Assembly: GCA_000165425.1 (NCBI GenBank)
Contig: CT868563.1
Coordinates: 124,001-188,000 of the forward strand
Origin: Paramecium tetraurelia
Taxonomy: Eukaryota
Direction of reading: 5' to 3'
Length of the DNA: 64,000 nucleotides
In this document: positions 51,689 through 64,000 of the stretch, piece by piece
Layout of the letters: every line of letters begins with the position of its first letter
Position numbering within the stretch: the stretch's first letter is position 1
Made by a program: the position numbers and the translations under genes
The notes under the pieces: model-generated
Databases searched by the model: none
What the model saw: the letters and a program-made list of their open reading frames with translations, nothing else
Told to the model about the DNA's origin: nothing

Positions 51689-54241
51689 TCATTTTTTATA
51701 TTCCATCATCTTTTATTTAGCTTCTTCTTTTGTATTATGCACTTATTGTGTCATCAAAGAAATAAATATTGGTACCATAATCATAGAAAGTACCATAACA
51801 ATGACATATTGAATCTACTTTAATAATATTAATACATATCTTGTATCGAAAGAATAACTTATTTCCTTAACGTAATTATTATCAAATCCCTATTCTGCTA
51901 TATCATTATGCATTCCGTACTTAAGAGTGCATCTTAATAATCCAAGAAATGAATAAAAGAAATTATCATGATTTACTAACTTCCCTTATAATGTGATACT
52001 CCAAGACATAGCGCAAATGCTAATAATAAATATCAACACCAAAAAGTAAGAACCAGGATTCTTTATTAAACTATAATATCCCTATCAACATTTACCCTAA
52101 TCATAACCAAGCCATAACACTTTAGATATGGACTCCAATTGCCTAAAAATCTATTTATGGCTATCATTAAGAACAAAATTTGAATTCCGTCATAAATTCT
52201 AGATGTATAAAGGGGAGTTATTAATTTTGAGACATCTTAATATGAGTTAGAACCCACAACGATTAAATCTAACTAATCTTGATATGATTTCGATATGGTG
52301 CTTCTTATTAGTATACTAACATTGCTTAACATATCTAGCATATGTAAATACAAATTACAAATGATGTCAAATATAAGCGGAATTTTAATCACTACATAAA
52401 GGACTTTTAGATTGAAGATGAAATATTCACTTAAAATCAATTTCTTTTATTAAAATTCTCTTTCTTCCTGTGGTGCTAAATCTCTTTTTCTAGACTGCAT
52501 CTTTTTTCTTCTGTTAAAAAGTTCCATATATTGTATGTAGATCAGGATTAAGGCATTTTAAGTTCCTATGAAGTAAAATCCAAAAAAATCTGAAAATAAA
52601 TATTGAGTCCAATACCAAAAAATGAAGGAACGAGTAGAAGTATAGCAATATAGAACATGAGAGTCTGAGCAAGTACTTCTGTATCTGATTAAGAGTTCAA
52701 ATCAAAAGCCTGTGTTTACATAGTATTATAATTGAGTAGTTCCTAAATCTATTCTATATTTTACATCATTAAATAAGTATAGAGTTGTGATTGTAGCTTA
52801 TATCAACCTTTAAGTTGGACTATTAAAATAATTTAAAATGAATTATGATTATTTAATATTGTATTTTAACCACTGTTAAGATTGAATCTCCTCCATGCTA
52901 TTCTAGAAACTATTCTAATCTGTGAGATTGAGCTCCCAAACATATCCTCCAAAGTAACTGTCATATTTAGATGGATCGAACTCGGTTTGAGTATAATCCC
53001 CATCTAAATCTTCAGAAAACACCTTATCAAAATTTAAGCAGCTTTAATTATTTTCTAAGAACATTTCTTTTTGATTTTCATTCAAAATATGACAATCATC
53101 TATATTTTCTTCTTATACTAATTTTTAAATCAGCAACCCTGATTTTAAAGGGTAATTGTAAAATTTTTAATCCTCATTTTCTTCTGCCAGAGTTTGATGA
53201 ATTAGAGTTGATAAATTGAACACAGGTTAAGGGTAAGATCTTTGAATAGGATATGAATTTTAGAAGGAAACTAGTATTTGGGTATTAGTAACGAATTTGA
53301 TTTGGTTGATTTCTGTAAATATAAATAAAAACAGTAAGAGGATAAAAAGACAAGATTCAAAAAAATATTTAACTTTGTTTAAATATCCTAAATACAAGGA
53401 CCAATTGACTTTATTATCCATTCTTCTGGTTTACCTAAAAATTTTTGTCAATCCATCAGGGTATGCTTCTGTGAATAAAACCTCTTCGAGTTGAGATAGG
53501 TTGGTTTTATCATCTTTTTGTTTTTTTTGTTTGACAATCTGAACTCCAACAGTAGGTTCATAGTTTCTGAGTAATTCATAAATTGGGGGATATAATTCGT
53601 TTAATACGTTCATATCAAATTATAGTAAATTACCCATCTAATCCGTATAAAATATTTCATTGTCTTCTGCCATAAAGCAAGATCTGACAATTTACTTCAA
53701 TTCTCTAAAGGTTTTAATTGTACCAGGAACTTTGACTTGTACAGAATTAGATTAATTTCTCAATGTTATATAATATCCATTGTCTAGTTCCTCATCTTCA
53801 ACCTTTGCATTTTCATCTTCTGGTTTTTGGTTCATAGTTAATTAGATGGTTTGAATTCGCTATAATCTTTTTTATAATTCCTTTTCCTAGATAAATTCCA
53901 ATGTTTCTTTTTTACTAATATTAAGGAGAAATAATTTTAGAGTCTATGTTACTTCATGTTCTAATTTAGCATCAATTCCCTGGGATTCCTAAGTAATAGG
54001 GCCACTAGTCTTATCCTGATGCTATTTCTGGTGCTGATCAAAATATTTTTATAATGCATCAAATTCCTAAATCATCTTGGGATATTACTTTTTCAGCTCT
54101 CCCTATTTCATCGAAATAGAGATCATTTAACTTTTCTTCCTCTTGATATTCTTGTGACAATTTATTAAGATCATTTTACAAGGCATCCTTTTAAATTTTG
54201 AAAGGTCTTAATTTTTTTGCATTGTATGAAATGCTTGTCAT
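51689..54241 (-). CDS. Polycystin-2 (PKD2/TRPP)-like cation channel with a cytosolic ubiquitin-like segment before S1
   Basis: S1 (YFFESCLFILLLFLFIF), TOP-domain motifs (Y.GGYVWEL, QWLKYNIK...LNYFNSPT), S4-S5 (INRFLGNWSPYL...FIISICAMSW), a pore helix (NFFYSFLGLLR) and S6 (VLSMIMVPIFISLMTQQV). Several short introns; the true start is uncertain. Confidence 0.75.
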
Positions 54242-54243
54242 TA

Positions 54244-54966
54244 TCACTTAAATTTTAATAAACAATCAGCAAAATAATCAATTTAATCTTTAGGATTTTG
54301 TTCGGCAACTTAATTCAAAGCCCTTTCTATAGCAGCCTGTAGTCTTGAATCCTCTAAGTACTTGAGAGTATTTATGTATTCTCTTTCTTGTATTTATGAT
54401 ATCCATTTCTTCAATTCTGCCTGTTGGGTCTCTATATTAACAGTTTGAAAATCATAATTATTATCCTATTACTATTTTGATCCCTATTTGGAGGAGATAG
54501 AATTATTATTATTTGATTTATCTAATTATCTTTCTGAACCCAATTCGCTTTTGTCTTTCTTGGCAACTGGTTTTTGCTTTCCTATGAAATCGAACTCCAA
54601 TTCCAATGACCCCATGTCGTTTTAATTTTTATACAAAGGGACTGAAATCAACCAATCAGGAGAATTCTCAACATTTTATAAATCTAGGATTGCTTTTCCA
54701 ATTATTTCTTCTGGGTTTTTTTTTTGCAGATCAACATCAACGACGGAGACAGTTAAGTTCGAATTTTTGGGATCATAGGTAAATTAAAAGGTCTCATTCC
54801 AAATTGGGACTTTTCCTTAATTAGTTGCTGCTTTTGTTTTGAACTTCTGCGCTCCCAATTGAATTATGGCTTGAGGATCCTGTTTTCCTTTGCCTTTTTA
54901 TTGATCTAGATCTTGGAGTAATTGGGCACCCTTTACAGTTATATTCAAGTTAGGCTTGCTTTTCAT
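54244..54966 (-). CDS. C2 domain + Dpy-30/RIIa-like D/D motif ORF (possibly the 5' exon of the channel gene)
   Basis: LNITVKGAQL..D....KQDPQAIIQLGAQKFKTK.....PIWNETF...VVDVD...IIGKA (C2), then YLEDSRLQAAIERALNQVAEQNPKDQIDYFAD (Dpy-30-like). Confidence 0.8.
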
Positions 54967-54976
54967 AATTTTATTA
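54967..54976. promoter_or_regulatory. 10-bp spacer between divergent start codons (C2/Dpy-30 gene and VPS13)
   Basis: Sequence CAT-aattttatta-ATG; both ATGs sit at the very start of recognisable domains. Confidence 0.55.
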
Positions 54977-57900
54977 ATGTTTGAGAAAATTCTTTAGCGA
55001 ATTTTATTCACATATTTTGGTAAATTCATCACAGGCTTCGATTAAACCAATTTACAATTAGGAATTTGGAATGGAAACGTAGTTATTGAAAATGTGGCGT
55101 TGAAGTAGGAAATATTAGCTGATTTGGAATTACCATTAGAATTGAAATTCAGTTCAATAGGCAGACTAATTTTAAAAATACCCTGGAATAAATTGTCATC
55201 TGCTCCTGTTGAAGTGGTATTAGAAAATATTCTGATTGTATTTACTCCCATGCCTAAATAACAGTGGAATAATGACGATTCTATATAAATTAAAAGACAA
55301 TTTACTAGATTATTGGACAAGGTCAAATCGAGCATTAATATTAAAAGGAAGGATCAAAGAGACAATACTGGTTATTTCGAGAAATTAACCTTAAGAGTGA
55401 TTGATAATCTGTAGATATCTCTGTAAAACATTCATTTTCGTTTTGAAAATTAACGCTATTCTTGGGGTATTAAAATGGATTCGCTGACAGCCTTGACAAC
55501 TAATGAAGAATTTGTTGTTGCCTTTGTAGATAGAAGCAATAAGGACACAAAGTTAGTGCCAAAAAATAAATTAATAAAGTTGTAGTAACTACAATTGTAT
55601 TGGAATTCTAAAGAGACAACTTTTATATCAGATGATATCGCTTTTGAATAACTCACAAATTTCGATTAAGTCATTTAAATTAGTGCATTATGTAAGTTGA
55701 TAATAAATCATAAGGAGAGATTTGATAAAGCCAATTATCTTTTAGATGTGCAATTGGAAGAAATCAATATAAACATAAAGCATACTCAATTAATTTAAAT
55801 AATTTAATTTTTGGAATTGATCTCAAATAATGAGAAGAGAGTTTGGTCGCATAAATAAGATATAATGCTATCGGATATCAATAAATATTAACAAGAATTT
55901 TGTGATGTCTTCCTTTTGTTTTTGAAGAATGATTGGAAAGAAATAGAGCAATTGGGTGATGTGGATCAAATACTTCAATTTAAACAAACAATTAGATTAG
56001 TTCCTTTTAAATAATTGGAATCTTGGAGTCTAATAGCATAAAAAAAACATTTGTTAGATTTGAAAGTGTAAGAGTATCAAAGACAGAAATAAAAGAAGGG
56101 GTGGTTCAATTTTTTTGGTGGATAAACACAAGAAGAAGTTTCTGATACTGAATTAAAATAATTGGAAGAGTTTATAGACAATGAAGAAACAAGTTTAGTG
56201 AGTAGACCATCTGATTCTTTGAAGTTAAAATTCATTGCCAAGTTAAATAAGGCATAGATCCAATTAATTAAAGATAATAATCCATTGTAGGATGAAGGAA
56301 TTGTCAAGTAATTTGAATATATTGAAATAGAGTGGGCTTAATGCGAGAACAAGGATTTTGCATTTTCTACAATCATTAAAAGCATCAGTTTGTAATTGAT
56401 AAGAAATACATAATTTGAAGTTATTTGTTAACCCACCTAATAAACAAATGAGTTTTTGAAGTTATCTATAACATAAACAACTACTGCTGAGATTTGCAAA
56501 CTCGATTTTAGATTCCTGATGCAGAGTTTAACAATTAATTATAATCCTGGTATCATTAGGATTATAAGGGAAATCACAGAAGTCAAGAAAGGAGACTATG
56601 TAGAACAGACATTGAAAACAGCCACATGGAATTAAATAGAGAAAATACAAGACACAACGGAATCTACATTTAAAAATGTTTTATAGTCAAACATCCAATT
56701 AAAAATTGATGCTAAGATTTTGGAACCCATTTTGGAGTTATCAATTAATAGTAATGAGTTTTGGCTGGTCAAGATGGATAGCTTTTACATTCGTACCACA
56801 CCCATTAATCCTGAAGATTTATATGAGAATTTTGAGATCTCTATTAGCAATTTCAAGTTTTTATATTATCCAGAGAGATTTGGTAATCAAACATTGCAGA
56901 TCTTGAATGATTATAATCTTGTAGTATAAATCTAAAGATTGTAGAGCATCCATAATGAGTTAATAAATAATGACAATACTCCGTTGGTTATTGCTTAAGC
57001 GAAGTTAAATGAAATCAATGTTATGATAAATGAAAAGGTCTACAAACACTTAGTTTACTTACCTGAAACAATTTATCCTAAATTGTCTGAGGGATAGATA
57101 TTATAGTAGTTACAATTAGAGAAATAGCTGATATTGAAATACAAAGTCAAGGATGGGTTTTTGAAAAGGTAAGGGTAGCTCATTAAGACATGGAGTAGTT
57201 AATATGTAGTGTTAAGTAACTTTGATTTATATTTTTATGATTAAGAGAAAATTCTAATGGCAAATTCCCAAATAAGTCTATTTAATTCTACATTAAAATA
57301 GTTGCAAGTGGATGATTAATTATACTCTTTTAAGATAAGAAATAAATCGGGAGAATATATTTTTGCTTGTGAGAATCAAGTTGAATTACGAGATTGGATT
57401 AAGAAAATAAAATTGTAAATAGAATAGTATTAATCTTACTAAGAAATTAAATAGAAATAAAATGAATAAATAAAGGTTAAATAAAATGACAAGATGTAAA
57501 TTGATATATTAATCAATAAATTACAATTGAAATTATATAAGGAAAATAATTATCCCAGTGTTAATTAAGAGCATCTTTTATTTTTGTTTAAATTAAATAA
57601 CTTAAAGTTTTAAACTATTAAATTGTAGTAAATTTAACAAATAATCTAGATCAAAAATTTATCAATTTAAGATTGGATATTCGATTATCAAAATACTTAA
57701 TACTAGGATTTGATCATTTTGAGTAATTAGATTGAAAGTCAACCTGCTTTGAGAATAGACATTACACCAAAGAAGCAAAAGATATAGGTGGATCAGTTGC
57801 AAATCAATTGGAAACCTGATACTTTTTTAAAGATCAAATCACTATTAGGAATCATATCGGATAGGAAATCAAGAAAATGGTATTTTGCAGGACTTCGAGA

Positions 57901-60900
57901 TTTTGAAGCAGAACAAATGAATAGAGGAAATAATTGCGATTAGGAATAGATTAAAAAAAATAAGTTGATTGATGGATTAAAAAGAGAATGGAACAAGTGC
58001 CAAAGATATGGTTAATCCAAATTGAAAGTGAAACATAAGTTTGATACATTGATTGATCATTAGAATTTCCTGAATGATTATCAATGGGTTGAGAATGAGA
58101 TTCTATCATCATATCAAATGAAGAGCAGCAAAGACACACTCATGGAATTAGAGACTTCTATAAATTTCATATCAGTAAATTTCTTTAATAGAACCAGTCA
58201 TTGTCTGCTCTTTAAATGCGAAATGGACTAGGTCTAATTTACTTTTAAACAACTATAATTTAGTTAATATTTGGATACTCAATTGCAAGATTTTAGTCTT
58301 TATGATATGACAAACTATCCCTTCACTATAAATAGCAATAGAGAGTTTGATTAGATCAAGCCATATAAATTAATAGGGAAGAGAGATATTTATGATGACT
58401 GGGCAATCAGATTTAGATTCAGTGGATACGATGAAATAATTATAGCCAATCAAGAAAGAGTAAACACTTTCTTGTTGATTGAAATTAATCCCATATTTGC
58501 TTGTTATCAAAATTAACCTTTAATGAGACAAATTGATTATATAGTTAATCAAATAGTAACTTTGATCAGAGAACCTGAGTCATTGACTATGAATACAGAG
58601 TATAGTGAATAGAGAAGAATGAATAACAAAAATTTAAAAGTCAAAAGAGTCTGGGGAGACGTAGATCTAATTTAGTCAAAGTTCATTTGCCCAACTTTTA
58701 TTGATATAAGAATTGTGCTTACTAAACCATTGATTATTCTCAAAGGGTGGCCTGAATTTTAGGAATATTTTTAATTGGACTGTGATGTGTTGAAAATTTA
58801 TAATAAATAAGAGGTAGATATGAGTAGATTAATCAAAGGAGGAGGTATTGAACTAATATAATCAAATGAGTAATGGATGCCTGATGGTCGTATCAAAGAA
58901 GCCTGGAATGAGGCATATTGTATTGAAGGACACAATATGTAAATTCAATATTATGAAAATGGGGTCAATCAAGTCAGCTCATTATTTGAATTTAATTTAT
59001 CCTTTGAAAGAGTTTTGTATTACTTTGAGATTAAAGACTTATATGATAATGTAGAAATGGATAGAAGTATCAAAATTAGATCCTGTATGTCCCCTATGAT
59101 TTTGAAATTATACAGAAAGGAATACTTAGAAATTTGTAAAATGATATTTCATAACTTTACACATGACGATTTTAAAGATAAATTATACATTCATGATTTT
59201 GACGTGGTTAATTAATTTGAACCTGCTCCAATATCATTTTGGTTGGATTTTGAAAATCTCTCAATATTTGCTTTGAGCAAGAAATCTGAGTAACCATTGG
59301 TGTAAATCAACATGAAATAAATGAGACTAGAGTGGCTAAAAGAGACAGATGTTTATTTGAACTTATTTAGTCAATGGATCAGTATGTATAACTATGATAA
59401 ATTCAATAATGAATTTGGGTTTTTGGGAGAATTGGGTTAAATCCCAGATTCATAGAAACTATTCCAAGTCAATCAATTGATTCAAGGTTATAAACCAAAA
59501 GAGTAAAGAGAACCATTCACAAAGTACATTTTCGATGAAAATTTCAACAAATAGTAATGCTAATTTTCAATGATATTTCATATTCAAAAGCCTAGTGCTG
59601 ATAAGAGGTGCCACATAAATTTAAATGATGTGAGAATGATAGTGGAACCTACAGTATTTACGAATGTGGGTTTGTGGAGTAGATTAGAATAATAGTGTTG
59701 GCCCATTCAAACAGAATTTGGAGAGATGCCTAGTATCACAGTAATCATTAAGATCCTGGGTTCTAGTTTATGTTTTTAAGGGTTGGACAGTCAGTTCATA
59801 CTTGGAACAAAGGGTGACATTTCATATGTTTGGAATAGATGTAGGTTTATGAATCCAGAGCAAATACTTATAAATTTGAAGAGAGATCAATTAGATAAAA
59901 ATTAAGTGGAAATCATTGGAGATGCCTTTGAACATTAAGTTAATTTAAAGAATCTGGAATTTTTTAAATGCAAATTTGTGGATTATATCAATTTTGATCT
60001 TAAAACAGTGAGAAAAAGACAAATCATAATGCCATTCTCATTATTTTTAAGTCTCAAAAATGAGTTGTAGGTTGAATTTAACAAGTAGTTTATCTATTAC
60101 AATAATAAGCTTTCATTTTATATAGACAAAACAATATGTAAATTTTCATATTAAGATTTCCTATTAATGACTAGTATTTCTGATAAATTGAAATCAAGCA
60201 CATAGAATATTATTCGTGAACCTATTTATTAATAGGAGGAGATAATAAATTAAGAGTAGCCAATCAATGACTCATATGATGTTATCATAAGTGGGTTACA
60301 AGTTGTTGTGATAAATGATGCAGGAGAGGTATATGTCCCAGTCTTTGATGTGACATTATCAGAGACTCAGTTATAGTTTTAAAAAATCAATTAGAAGTCT
60401 ATATATTCTACGATCATTAAATTAAGTAGTTCATTTTACAACCCTAAAATTGCTGTTTGGGAACCAATCTTGGAGAGTTGCAATTTTTCAGTTGATGTCT
60501 CTTTAAATCCTAAGGGAGAACCTCAATGCATCATCTATTTGGAAATGACTTAGGAATAAGAAATTTTGAATATCAACTTATCTGCTCAGATGATCAGTGT
60601 ATTTCACAAAACATTCATATCCTAGAAATAGGAGATGGAGATATCGAACATTCAGTAATAATAGATATTTTAAGATGACAGAATAGATAATGTTGATTAT
60701 GTTTCTCCTTACACCATCAGAAATGAAACTGGATTTGAACTTGAAATCAGTGATACAGCCAATAAAAATAAGAAGTACATATTGGAATCAAGTTCATCTA
60801 TTAACTATGAGATTGATGCTGATTTTGATCAAATCTTCAGAAGAGAAAGAGAAGACTTGCAATAACAATAATAAAGATTGGTTACCATAAAGGTTATACA

Positions 60901-63900
60901 TGACACATATGAGTTTGAACCAATAAATCCACTAGATCTAGATTGCATCAAGGTTACCAGATGTCCAATCAAGCCAAGTAATAAATACACCGATATGACT
61001 TTTATGCTATTCATGGAAGTAGTGCCTAAAGACACTAGAAAGTTGCTTTTAATTTCCTCTGAAATAATTATCTTCAATCAAACTGATAGACTGATTGACA
61101 TAAAATTATTTGATATGCCAGGATAAATAGAATAAAATATTTTTGAAACGTAGATTGCACCTTATAGAGCATTTAGTGTGCCAATTGATAGAACTAGACA
61201 ATATTTCAATTTCAAATTTAACGGTCATTAAAAATATTGCAATTACATCTATTTAAGATATTTATAAGATAATTTTGATTAGAAATATGAGCAATAGCAT
61301 AATGGTTGTTATACAATTATTAGATGTTCTAAAAGAAATGTAAATTAAACTCTAATTTATTTGGAATCTCCATTTTAAATCAAGAATTGTTTGCCAGTCC
61401 CCATTTCAGTTGAATTGTATGGAGACTCTGAACAAGACTTATCAAATGATGCTGTCATAATATATCAACAATAAATGGAGGAGGAATAGTCAAATCTAAC
61501 TAATATCACTCTGAAACATCTTGATAAATATCAGTATGACAATTTACAAAAGAAGGAGAAGGGATAAATTTTGAAACAATAATAAAAATTAATAGATACT
61601 ATTTCAACCAAAGGGAGATTAGCAATCACAGTCAAATTGCCGTATTTCTAGATTTCAGGAATTCATATGTTGTATCATGCCAAATTTGGTCCTTTTCAAG
61701 TCGACAATATTCAATTATGTGACAATTTCGGAAATACAAACGGATACTTATTAATTGATCAGATCAAAAATGTATTTTATATATACTGCCAATAAATGAT
61801 CGTAAATGAATTGCCCTTTAAAGTATACAGTTATGGTATGACAGATATAAAAAAGGGTAGTCCAACTCTAATAGCTGGTTAGCATACAAAAGAATTTGAA
61901 TAAAATGAGTTGCAAGATACTCATAACATTACACTATTCAATGACTAGTAATACCTATCGTTTTCCATCAGTGAGAGATCTGTTCAACTTTCGGAAACTC
62001 TAAACTTGAATTATACAGGAAATCAAACAGTTCGGATATAAAATAGCTAAAATTAAATTATGGAGGTGGGCTATAATATTTCGTTAATGTGTGTGGACAA
62101 ACAAAAGCCTTTAGTAACTAAGGTATTAACTATTTCCCCAAGGTTTATAATAGTTAATCAAACTTAAAAAACTATTCATGTGTTGCAGGAATCAATTCAT
62201 CAATATTTAGAGATCAACTCAATGGATAGAAAACCTTTAGTTTGGTATTCATTGCGCTATTAATATATCTCAATTCATTATCTAGATGATAATATAGAAT
62301 GGAAACCTACTAACCCAATTGATCCAAATGGAAATGGGTTCTAATGTTTTACTATGAGAGCTGTTAATAATTAATAAATAACCAAACATTTCAATTGTAT
62401 AACAAAAATAGACAATCAAATAGTTTACCTGATTATTTTAGAATGCAAATCAATAGATCCATTAAGTTCAATGATTGGTTAAACATAAATAAACTCTATT
62501 CATCAATAATAATAATCATAAATCAACAACATAAATTAGGTGGATCCTCCTTATGTAATAGTTAATAATTTGGAATTAGTGACATTGATTTGTTATCAAT
62601 ATTGTTGTTCAGATGAGAAGTATAGTCATCGCTATTAATTCAATGAATACAAGTTGTATATAAATAATAATTAGCAATGTGCCTTTTCATGGGAATATCC
62701 TTGCGAAAGAAGGGAGTTAGCAATACACCTCTAATTTGAAGGAGATTTAAGCACTCATTATAGATTAAATCCAATATATATCAATCTTGAAGAAGCAGAG
62801 GCAGTTCAAGAGTATATAATTTCAAGTTTAATAAGTGAATAACAACAGTACAAATTTTATATCATTTCACTTTGGGAAGGTGCTAGTAGGAAATTAAAGT
62901 TCTAATAAAAGGTGTAGGACTAATAAAATTAACATGACACTAACATTCTAAAATTCGATGTCAATTTAAATCAAGTAGGCATTTCCTTGATAGATTAATG
63001 TTACACTAAAAGAGTAGAGTTGATTTTCATATATTTCGAAGGACTTGAATTCAATTTATTATAAACAACGCAGAGTAAGAGGTCTGAATTCAGAGTGAAA
63101 TACATCAACATTGATAATAATACATCCAGTAAGACTATGTTCCCTGTTATTTTTACTCCTACTGCCTAAAAAGAGATCTTTGAGTTTAATAAGCCTCATC
63201 TGTCATTGGTACTTGAACAATCCACCTAAGTCAAATCGATTTCATTAATTAAAAACTTTACTGCTTGTTTACAACCTACTACAATAAGATTGACATCTGA
63301 GATGCTCGAAATACTCTATTCTGTTTATAAATAGATTACATTATCGTTCATTTCCAATAGGCAAAGTGAAGAGTAATTGAAATAGTTTGACTTTGAATTT
63401 GCGATCAGCCAAGATGAATAGCAGATATTCCAATAAGCAAATAGTTTAACATTATCAAATAAGGTTTAGAGTAAATATGGAGTAGGATCCTTTGGACAAT
63501 AGAACTTAATAGAATGGCAGGAGTTAGAGATCCAGTTGAATGATCAATAAGCAACATATATTAACAAGATTGAGATATCTCCTTTGAACTTTAACTTGAC
63601 CTTCTACAGTAGTGCGAAGACGAATTTACATTATAATATGCTGATGCAAATTTTTAAGACTATAGGTATTGTTATAGGCAATATTGATGATGCTCCACTG
63701 ATATTGGGGGGTATATTTTTGGAGAATTCGTTTGATACATCCAATGCCATTCTTAATAAATTAACTACTCATTATAAAGATATGCTCTTTAATTTGATCC
63801 TGAAATTAATAGGTTCCATCGAATTCTTTGGCAATCCTGTTGGATTGGTAAAGCATTTAGCAAAAGGAGTTTATGATCTATTTGATAAGCCACTTGAAGG

Positions 63901-64000
63901 GTTCATTAAGGGGCCAGTTGAAGGTAGCATAGGTATAGTGAGAGGGGCAGGCAGTTTAGTATAGAATACAGTAAGCGGAGTATCAAATTCAACGAGCAAG
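54977..64000 (+). CDS. VPS13: VPS13 bridge-like lipid-transfer protein (3' end beyond window)
   Basis: Chorein-N MFEKILQRILFTYFGKFI..LQLGIWNGNV..LELP...IGRL.LKIPW, an internal PH domain, SSFYNPKIAVWEPILE, SPYTIRNETG, PRFIIVN, and the C-terminal IGNIDDAPL...LIGSIEFFGNPVGL. I noticed no intron or in-frame TGA over ~9 kb. Confidence 0.95.

Noticed and set aside
55042..61077. Several minus-strand and off-frame ORFs in the track
   Set aside because: Shadows of the VPS13 coding sequence.

Overview
AT-rich, gene-dense eukaryotic DNA, almost certainly ciliate macronuclear sequence from Paramecium. TAA/TAG read as Gln and only TGA stops. Introns are about 20-30 nt GT..AG, intergenic spacers are often under 150 bp, and there is an epiplasmin gene. 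The supplied ORF track uses the standard code, so it shows only fragments; I re-translated by hand with genetic code 6. About 30 protein-coding genes are supported. From 1-24 kb: FYVE/TBC-like, KH, RpiB, a mitochondrial carrier, ABHD17-like hydrolase, ATP12, DUSP, nucleoplasmin-like, a Cache-domain membrane protein, Tudor-SN (with a 1-nt frameshift), legumain, DH-PH-PX-FERM and a kinase. From 24-64 kb: a tandem cNMP-binding protein, MOB1, a PH kinase, CCCH, MFS, a DadA-like oxidoreductase, epiplasmin, TTLL, a small HTH protein, RPS8, a polycystin-like channel, a C2+Dpy-30 ORF and VPS13 (running off the window). The most notable locus is 51.7-64 kb. There, the C2/Dpy-30 ORF stops 2 nt before the polycystin ORF and could be joined to it by a 17-nt intron, and its start codon lies 10 bp from the VPS13 start. 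Also notable are two bacterial-type enzymes (RpiB, DadA) with apparent mitochondrial presequences. No tRNA, rRNA, CRISPR array, telomere or intact mobile element was seen. Coordinates are from manual reading and may be off by a few bases.
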